NCBI GenBank assembly: GCA_965249275.1
Contig: CBDFLQ010000005.1
Coordinates: 96,001-160,000 of the forward strand
Reading direction: 5' to 3'
DNA: 64,000 nucleotides
From: Dehalococcoidia bacterium
GTDB taxonomy: Bacteria; Chloroflexota; Dehalococcoidia; Plut-88900
The notes beneath the pieces were generated by a model. That model was not told the DNA's origin, did not search any database, and worked only from the letters and a program-made list of their open reading frames with translations. The position numbers and the translations under genes were made by a program. Shown here in pieces: positions 61,046 to 64,000 of this stretch (positions are counted from its first letter, which is position 1; each line of letters opens with the position of its first letter).

Positions 61046-61891
61046 ATGAGTCGCAATAGCCTTCATAGGCCCCGTCGACCCCGAGCGGTATGGGACCGCC
61101 CGGCCACCGGCACGCGCCTCCTCCCCAATCCTCATTCCCTTACCGTCTCCCAACTCAACCCCCACTACAAGCGCTGCCCCAAGGCCGAACGCCTCCGCCT
61201 CCGCAGCGATCAATCATCGTTCCGCCCGGTCCCAGTGACCGGCTATGGAAGGTTCCCGGACAAAAACTGGCTTGCCCTTTCCAAGGGCCCCTGCCAAGTG
61301 CGCGCCCCACTTACCCGGCGCATCATCCTCGCCCCCTCAGGCGACGCCTACGAGCACGGTGTCATGCTGCTCAACAGGGCCATTGTGCCCAGAGACTCCG
61401 CCGTCGTAGCCCTCGGAGGGCTCATTCCACCCAGCGACGGCAGAGAGTCCACGCCCCCATATCTCCGTATGGCCGGGCACTTCTGGTGGTCGAGACTGCC
61501 CCACACCGAGTTTCCCCCGCGTCTCCTCCACATCCTCTCAGAAGCACGGGGCTGTCGCAGAGCCGGCGCCGATGTGGAATATCCGCTGTCGTGGACATCA
61601 CCCATCGGTACAGGCGTCGCCGCCTTCCTGCGCAACCATCCGGGACCTTCCATCCCATCCCCCTCCCGTTTTCTCCGTCATTCCTGCGGAGGCAGGCTGA
61701 AAGTGCGCCGAGGCGTGAATCCATCCCCGGAAGGGCAGGGGCCCCGCTCCTCGGGGCGTACCCTCCCCTCCCCCTCCCTCCCCCTTGTCCACTTCCTCTG
61801 TAGGGACGACAGGCCAGTCGCCCTCGGTGTGGGCGTCCCGAGTGGGGCGTCCACACCCCTCACCCCACCCACGAAAGGGTCTGCCTATTAG
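61046..61891 (+). CDS. Hypothetical basic protein; 3' part runs through repeat DNA
   Basis: AGGAG RBS, ATG 61046; no recognisable motif. Confidence 0.5.
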   Translation: MSRNSLHRPRRPRAVWDRPATGTRLLPNPHSLTVSQLNPHYKRCPKAERLRLRSDQSSFRPVPVTGYGRFPDKNWLALSKGPCQVRAPLTRRIILAPSGDAYEHGVMLLNRAIVPRDSAVVALGGLIPPSDGRESTPPYLRMAGHFWWSRLPHTEFPPRLLHILSEARGCRRAGADVEYPLSWTSPIGTGVAAFLRNHPGPSIPSPSRFLRHSCGGRLKVRRGVNPSPEGQGPRSSGRTLPSPSLPLVHFLCRDDRPVALGVGVPSGASTPLTPPTKGSAY

Positions 61892-62113
61892 CCCATACCC
61901 TCAAAATGCCCCATGCCCATCCTGGGGAAACACCGCAAAACAATCAAAGATCACGCCTGAGTCCGCACATCAATCAAACCTCCCCCTTCATGCCTGGCCT
62001 GTCGGCCCAATCAGGTCATCAATCTGCAGCGGCTGTTTCCGTTGTCCCTCCTGTCACACTGGGTTAGAATGCCGGAGCGCGATTCTACACAGTCCCATGC
62101 CCGGAGGTAGCCA

Positions 62114-62983
62114 TTGCCCTACGACACCCTGCTCTACGAAAAGACTGGTCAAATCGTCAAGGTGACCCTTAACCGGCCCGATGTCCTGAACGCCATCAGC
62201 GACGACATGGTAAAGGAGATACGACTGGCCATCGATGAGGCCGACGCCGATCCCGGAGTCCGCGTCGTCATCCTCACCGGTGCCGGGCGTTCCTTCTCCG
62301 CCGGCTATGACATCAAGCCCCGCGAGGACGGTCGCCCTGCAGCCGACCCACAGGGCTTTGAAATCGGCGACTACATCAAGCTCTGGTGGGACCGGGACGC
62401 CTACGATACAGACCAGTTCACCCATTTCTGGAAGCTGGGCGTGCCGGTCATCGCTTCCGTCAGGGGCTACTGCTTCGGGGGCGGGTTCTGGTACAGCATG
62501 GCCTGCGACATCACCATTGCCGCCGACAACGCCGTCTTCGGCCAACCCGAGGTCCGGCACATCTCCAATACATCATTCATGCTAGCCGCCCTTTCGAACT
62601 GGAAGCAGGCCCACCGCTGGGCCCTCACCGGAGACCACATGGGCGCCGAGGAGGCCCTCCGTATCGGTGTAGTCACACAGGTAGTCCCCGAGGCTGACTT
62701 GGAAGCCGTGACCTGGGCCCTCGCCGAACGCATAGCTCTGGTCCCCGAGGCCTCCGTCCGAGTCAACAAGGCAGTCACCTGGATGGGCATGGAGGCGATG
62801 GGACTCGGCGCTGCGATGCAGGTCAATGCGGCCCTCTCCAGCGTGGCACACAGCTCCCACGGCGGCCATCGAGAGGCTCTCTGGGACGCACAGTCCACCG
62901 GCGGCTTGAAAGGCTTCCTTGAGGCCCGTGACGGCCCCTTCCTCCCCGAGCCCTTCGGCCCCAAGTCAAGGAAGAAGAAATGA
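62114..62983 (+). CDS. Enoyl-CoA hydratase/isomerase (crotonase) family protein
   Basis: TLNRPDVLNA, FSAGYD, GYCFGGG, FGQPEVR. Confidence 0.92.
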   Translation: MPYDTLLYEKTGQIVKVTLNRPDVLNAISDDMVKEIRLAIDEADADPGVRVVILTGAGRSFSAGYDIKPREDGRPAADPQGFEIGDYIKLWWDRDAYDTDQFTHFWKLGVPVIASVRGYCFGGGFWYSMACDITIAADNAVFGQPEVRHISNTSFMLAALSNWKQAHRWALTGDHMGAEEALRIGVVTQVVPEADLEAVTWALAERIALVPEASVRVNKAVTWMGMEAMGLGAAMQVNAALSSVAHSSHGGHREALWDAQSTGGLKGFLEARDGPFLPEPFGPKSRKKK

Positions 62984-64000
62984 CTGCTCCCACCCATGAC
63001 GCCATAGTCATCGGTGGGGGCCACAACGGCCTCACCTGCGCTGCATACCTTGCCCGCGCCGGCCTCCGCGTCCTCGTTCTCGAGCGCCGGGACATAGTTG
63101 GCGGCGCTTGCACCACCGAGGAGCTCATTCCCGGCTACCGGTTCCCCGCCTGCGCCTACCACTGCCACATGCTCCAGGCCAAGGTCATCGACGACCTGCA
63201 GCTCCGCAACTACGGCTTTGACGTCATCCCCCTCGACCCCGTCAGGTTCCTGCCCTACCCGGACGGCTCCTACATCAACCTCTGGCGGGACACGGACAGG
63301 ATGATCAGCGAGATCGCAGCGATCTCCCCCAAAGACGCCGAGGCCTATCCCGCCTGGAACCGGTTCTGGGAGAAGGCCGCAGGCCTGGTCCAGGACTATG
63401 TTCTCGCTCCGGCCCCCACTCTCGCCCAACTCTTTGACCGAGCGCGGGCCACGGGCGACGAAGACGTCCTGGAGACCATGCTTACTGTCAGCATGAAGGA
63501 CCTTGTTGAGGAACATTTCGAGTCGGAGCAGATACGCGGCGCGTTCATCGGCGCCGCCGAGACCGGAGACCCAGCCTCAGTCGGCTCTGCCTTCGCCATT
63601 GCATATTTCCACATCGACCGGTTTACAGACCCCAAGAACATGGGCCTGGCAAAGGGCAGTATGGGCGCCATCACCCAGGCCATGGCCAGATCAGCAGCCA
63701 ACTTTGGGGCCGAGGTCCGCACCGACTCCCCCGTCTCCCAAATCATCGTCCGGGATGGGCACGCCGTAGGCGTCGCCCTGGAGGACGGCGCCGAGTTCTA
63801 CGCCCCAACCATTGTCTCCAACGCCGACCCCAAGCGCACCTTCCTGGACCTGCTCGATCCCGACGACCTGGACTCCGACTTCCGGCGCAGGGTCAAGCGC
63901 CTCAAGACCCAATTCTCCAGCGTGAAGCTCCACTGCACGCTAACAGGTCTCCCCGACTTCAGCCGCCACCTGGGCCCGGGATTCGATCCCAAGATGTTGG
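62980..64000 (+). CDS. Phytoene dehydrogenase-like FAD oxidoreductase (partial, 3' end outside window)
   Basis: MTAPTHDAIVIGGGHNGLTCAAYLARAG..VLERR; SNADPKRTF; ATGA overlap with the crotonase. Confidence 0.9.
   Translation, partial: MTAPTHDAIVIGGGHNGLTCAAYLARAGLRVLVLERRDIVGGACTTEELIPGYRFPACAYHCHMLQAKVIDDLQLRNYGFDVIPLDPVRFLPYPDGSYINLWRDTDRMISEIAAISPKDAEAYPAWNRFWEKAAGLVQDYVLAPAPTLAQLFDRARATGDEDVLETMLTVSMKDLVEEHFESEQIRGAFIGAAETGDPASVGSAFAIAYFHIDRFTDPKNMGLAKGSMGAITQAMARSAANFGAEVRTDSPVSQIIVRDGHAVGVALEDGAEFYAPTIVSNADPKRTFLDLLDPDDLDSDFRRRVKRLKTQFSSVKLHCTLTGLPDFSRHLGPGFDPKML

Overview
GC-rich bacterial chromosomal window. Paired LLM oxidoreductases, Pro/Thr-linker lipoproteins and GAAC-N4-GTTC-type LexA boxes suggest a Chloroflexota (Dehalococcoidia/SAR202-like) genome, which is an inference. 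Housekeeping content: five tRNAs, panB-panC-surE, ada, a peroxiredoxin, an acyl-CoA ligase and a crotonase. Most notable observations: (1) a 6,980-bp cargo transposon (6980-13959) with 18-bp terminal inverted repeats and a perfect 10-bp target duplication. It carries a YwgA/Panacea-like winged-helix gene coupled to a proteasome-beta-like Thr protease. A second element with related ends lies near 59.4-60.9 kb. (2) A MoxR-DUF58 operon whose first gene is a ~2,700-codon membrane protein with three transglutaminase modules, HEAT and Ig-like repeats, split by an in-frame UGA that is followed by a SECIS-like hairpin. (3) A nitrogen-linked locus in which an ammonium transporter sits between a circularly permuted ATP-grasp ligase and its alpha-E partner, behind a coupled 23-aa uORF. 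It is flanked by an NCS2 permease with an RsbW-like tail and a STAS/PP2C/RsbW partner-switch operon. (4) A candidate attenuator RNA ahead of a DmpA-family hydrolase and panBC. (5) Nested palindromic repeats and two LexA-type promoters driving unknown transcripts. All calls come from reading motifs by eye; no searches were run.
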